Of a DNA stretch of 64,000 nucleotides, positions 61,305-64,000 are shown piece after piece (position 1 is the stretch's first letter; each line of letters opens with the position of its first letter). Below the pieces are notes generated by a model. That model ran no database searches. It was not told where the DNA came from and saw only the letters and a list, made by a program, of their open reading frames with translations. A program made the translations under genes and the position numbers. This DNA is from Verrucomicrobiota bacterium (GTDB lineage: Bacteria > Verrucomicrobiota > Verrucomicrobiia > Opitutales > Coraliomargaritaceae): assembly GCA_039815375.1 (NCBI GenBank), contig JBCBZJ010000001.1:192001-256000 (forward strand), given 5' to 3'.

Positions 61305-61335
61305 AATCGGATGGGTTACACCATCCGATTTTTTT
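61305..61335 (+). terminator. Rho-independent terminator
   Basis: AATCGGATGG-GTTACA-CCATCCGATT-TTTTT. Confidence 0.8.
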
Positions 61336-61507
61336 GTATGCACACGGAAGAGAGTAGAGTGGGGACAAGCGGTAGAAGCAGTGAATCGAACTTAGTCAAA
61401 GATTGACGAGAATGCTTCGAAAATCGGCACCGAGAGAGCAAAAAAAGGCAGACTCAAAGTCTAAAAGATTTTCACCAAAAGCTCGTTTATGCTTCGTAGC
61501 TGGATAT

Positions 61508-61600
61508 GACGGGGTGTAAACCTGTCGGCTTTTTGTGTAAGTCTTTGAATATCAATCCAGACATTTGGCTGACCTCTAACATGGACACACATAGGGACAC
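61508..61600 (+). mobile_element. att unit U5 (non-tRNA core)
   Basis: GACGGG-GTGTAAA-CCTGTC core; TAAGTCTTTGAAT IHF-like; GGACACACATAGGGACAC at 61583. Confidence 0.68.
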
Positions 61601-61866
61601 TACATTTTGGTAGGGATCGTCCTTGATAGGCAGAGTTCGGCCGCCTTGATTTTTAGTCATTGAAGCACTTCGCTCAATTAACTGCACAGTAAGACATAAG
61701 TTGGGTAGAGCTTAAGTGGAAATTCAACAATTCACAAATCATGAAATGTTTACCTAGTGTTAAGTGGATGTTTCGCTTTGTGCTATCGAAGCTAACTGTT
61801 AATTAAATGTTAAAAAATTCATCTATCTAATTATTCTTTAATGATTAAGATCGCCCTTTACCGGTT

Positions 61867-62706
61867 ATGTTTATGAAAAGAATATATCGTTCTATTAAAC
61901 TGCTGTCGCTCTCTATTCTAATTTTACCAACGGCAGCTAACGCCGCAATTGATTTAGATTTTTCTGGTTATATTGGAGGTTCACAGCCAGATCAGGCACT
62001 CACAGGCACTAATACTGTTTATGATGGCCTCACGGGATTGTTCTACAACGATGTTGCTGATGAAGATACTACTGGAATATACATTATCGCTAGACTAGAG
62101 GCAGTTTCGGCATACACAGCCGCTAACACCTCAGCCAACGGCAGGACAGGAACCAACATACAAGTCAATCAAGCAGCCAACAATGGATTAACCAGCTATC
62201 GACTGTCCCTCTACGATGGGCTAACTGGTAATTTGTTTACAAATGGGGGATCGTCTTTCGAGTTTGATTTGGTGATTTATGACATCGACGGCACAGGCAA
62301 CGTAGAGTCGATTGGGCTTGAAACTTTTACTATCCTGACTCCGGCATCTTTTCAGTTAACTGACACCACAACGGTGGCATTTGATGGTTCGAATTCATTT
62401 AGTAACGGTGGTGCCGGTGCGGAGGTCAGCAACCCCACGACGAATGATTTGGACGCAACGCAGGAAGATGCGTCCGTAATTTTGTCATTCATGAATCAGA
62501 ATATTGTGAACTTTAATTTCACTACGGCTGGGAATGGCTCGGGTGGCCGTAATTTCTTTATCGATGGGCAAGATTTTGTTGTTTTCGATGACGCTCTCTC
62601 GACTGGCATCAACAATGGCTCAATTGTTCCAGAACCCTCAGCATATGCTTTTCTGTTGGGTCTCGTCGTTCTTGGTATCGCTACAACGCGTAGGTCAGTG
62701 GTCTAA
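61867..62706 (+). CDS. PEP-CTERM sorting domain protein
   Basis: Signal peptide (ANA|A); VPEPSAYAFLLGLVVLGIATTRR. Confidence 0.87.
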   Translation: MFMKRIYRSIKLLSLSILILPTAANAAIDLDFSGYIGGSQPDQALTGTNTVYDGLTGLFYNDVADEDTTGIYIIARLEAVSAYTAANTSANGRTGTNIQVNQAANNGLTSYRLSLYDGLTGNLFTNGGSSFEFDLVIYDIDGTGNVESIGLETFTILTPASFQLTDTTTVAFDGSNSFSNGGAGAEVSNPTTNDLDATQEDASVILSFMNQNIVNFNFTTAGNGSGGRNFFIDGQDFVVFDDALSTGINNGSIVPEPSAYAFLLGLVVLGIATTRRSVV

Positions 62707-63170
62707 ATTATCAAAAATTGCGCCCTTGGCGGATTTCGGTTTTCTGAGGCCTCGAAAGTCTATTTCTGATTCTGTTCCCCCTGGCGAGGGTAATCAGGCA
62801 GTAGTAAGTCCCGCTTCAGAGTCTTAGAGGTTGAATGGTGCAGCTGGTTATCACCTAGCAAGCTCATGACAATCAGAACATTCTACACCTACCCAACTGG
62901 TTCGCGGATTCCACTATAAAAGACTGAGCGCAAGAGGAGAACAGGGATCGGTATTGTCTGCCTTGCAGGTGGCTTCCTTTGTTCAAAATTCTATCTTGCT
63001 CTAAAAGGGAGCAAACGGGTCTCTAAAAGAGTATAAAAATGAGATTAGAGGAGTTGCGGTGGTGCCAAACTGATAATCCAGTTATGCCATTTTTTCACCC
63101 GAAGAGATTCGTAAAGAGGCGGGCTTAGTTGACAAATTATTTTCCTAGAACTTCAGTTGGTATTTGTATT

Positions 63171-64000
63171 GTGTATAGTTTAATTCATTTTAGATGTTTT
63201 TTCCGTCAATTCATTCTAATTTCACTAGCACTCTTTACTGTTAGTAAACATTCTTATTCTCAAGCCGTTCCGGATTATCCGGACGTGTCCTATGGGCCTG
63301 AAGAGCGTCAATGGCTGAATATTTACACTGCGCCTTCAGTGACCCCGACGCCAGTATTCATCTACTCCCATTCAAATGGTGCCACGGCGGATAACATTAG
63401 CGCAGCGATTATTGATGACTTAAAAGCTGCAGGCATCTCGACAGTTTCTTGGGAATCGTTATTAAACTTAGCAACTCCGAATGATGTTGCAACTTCTTGG
63501 AATGATGCAGAGCTCATGCTTGCATGGGTGAAGAGTAACGCTAATACCTACAATTTCGATGTTTCGAAGCTCATTGTAGGAGGCAGTTCTCGTGGTACTG
63601 TGGCTAGCTGGAAATTGGCCCATAGCAATGATCCTGCAATTCGCGGACTTTACATGTATAACGCTCTTCCGGACCAAGTCTGGAGTTTTCCAGAAACTTG
63701 GATTCCAACGAATGACGTGACGGAGAGTTCGCCACCTCTTTGTTTTGTCTATAACGTATCCCCTATGGATCCGACAGATGTGCACGATCCTGACAATGGC
63801 TTTACTATAGTTGATCGTTATGAAGAATTAGATCGCGCTGATCGGGTGACCCTTATCCACAGCATTGGAACGAGTGGTGATACCGATAGATTTCAGTTCT
63901 TGGTCGATTTTGCTCTAACATCGATCGGGCGGGAGCCAGGATTGAATTATACCTTTACTTATGAAGATGGAATAGCCCGTGTTTCCTGGGATACGATGAT
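63171..64000 (+). CDS. Secreted alpha/beta-hydrolase (esterase-like), partial, runs off right edge
   Basis: Hand translation open to the end: DVSYGPEERQWLNIY...GGSSRG (GxSxG) ...DVHDP; not in ORF track; GTG start uncertain. Confidence 0.75.
   Translation, partial: MYSLIHFRCFFRQFILISLALFTVSKHSYSQAVPDYPDVSYGPEERQWLNIYTAPSVTPTPVFIYSHSNGATADNISAAIIDDLKAAGISTVSWESLLNLATPNDVATSWNDAELMLAWVKSNANTYNFDVSKLIVGGSSRGTVASWKLAHSNDPAIRGLYMYNALPDQVWSFPETWIPTNDVTESSPPLCFVYNVSPMDPTDVHDPDNGFTIVDRYEELDRADRVTLIHSIGTSGDTDRFQFLVDFALTSIGREPGLNYTFTYEDGIARVSWDTM

Larger units (their letters stand above)
39665..64000. mobile_element. Composite genomic island / tandem att-bounded cassette array (continues past right edge)
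   Basis: Five co-oriented att-like units, tRNA 3' fragments, pseudogenes, accessory cargo; no integrase in window. Confidence 0.6.

Noticed and set aside
53556..61600. CRISPR array or integron attC array from the GGACACACATAGGGA repeats
   Set aside because: Spacing is 0.2-5 kb and irregular, there are no cas or intI genes, and no RYYYAAC/GTTRRRY hairpin structure.
62707..63128. Possible decayed gene or integrase remnant
   Set aside because: Only short interrupted frames with no motif I could assign.

Overview
Bacterial DNA, most likely Verrucomicrobiota (Opitutae/Coraliomargarita-like). This is inferred from four PEP-CTERM proteins, a fused ccoNO, a giant PilX-like gene, an ExbB/ExbD/vWA/TPR cassette and an Opitutae-style LacI. 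Positions 1-39.6 kb look like core genome: gltA 3' end, hpt, an isolated pntA, fbaA, uvrB, a cbb3 oxidase operon headed by a Cys-rich protein with a divergent PocR-AraC regulator, a 16-kb PilX-like/secreted LTD protein/TPR/ExbBD/vWA/PEP-CTERM locus, and a fur-sufCBD-sufT operon. From about 39.67 kb to the end the window looks accessory. It carries a Nit1C (MSMEG_0572-type) nitrilase cluster, a P450/DUF6999-like/ketosynthase/FMO cluster, regulators and pseudogenes, a 5'-nucleotidase/choice-of-anchor-I fusion, PEP-CTERM genes and an esterase. The most striking unannotated structure is five co-oriented att-like units that punctuate the accessory region. Each has a GACAGG-N7-CCT-type core (three are tRNA 3' fragments), and four carry an arm-like GGACACACATAGGGA-type motif 66-67 bp downstream, with an IHF-like site between in three. 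They divide the region into integrase-less cassettes. Family assignments come from motif recognition by eye; no database searches were run.
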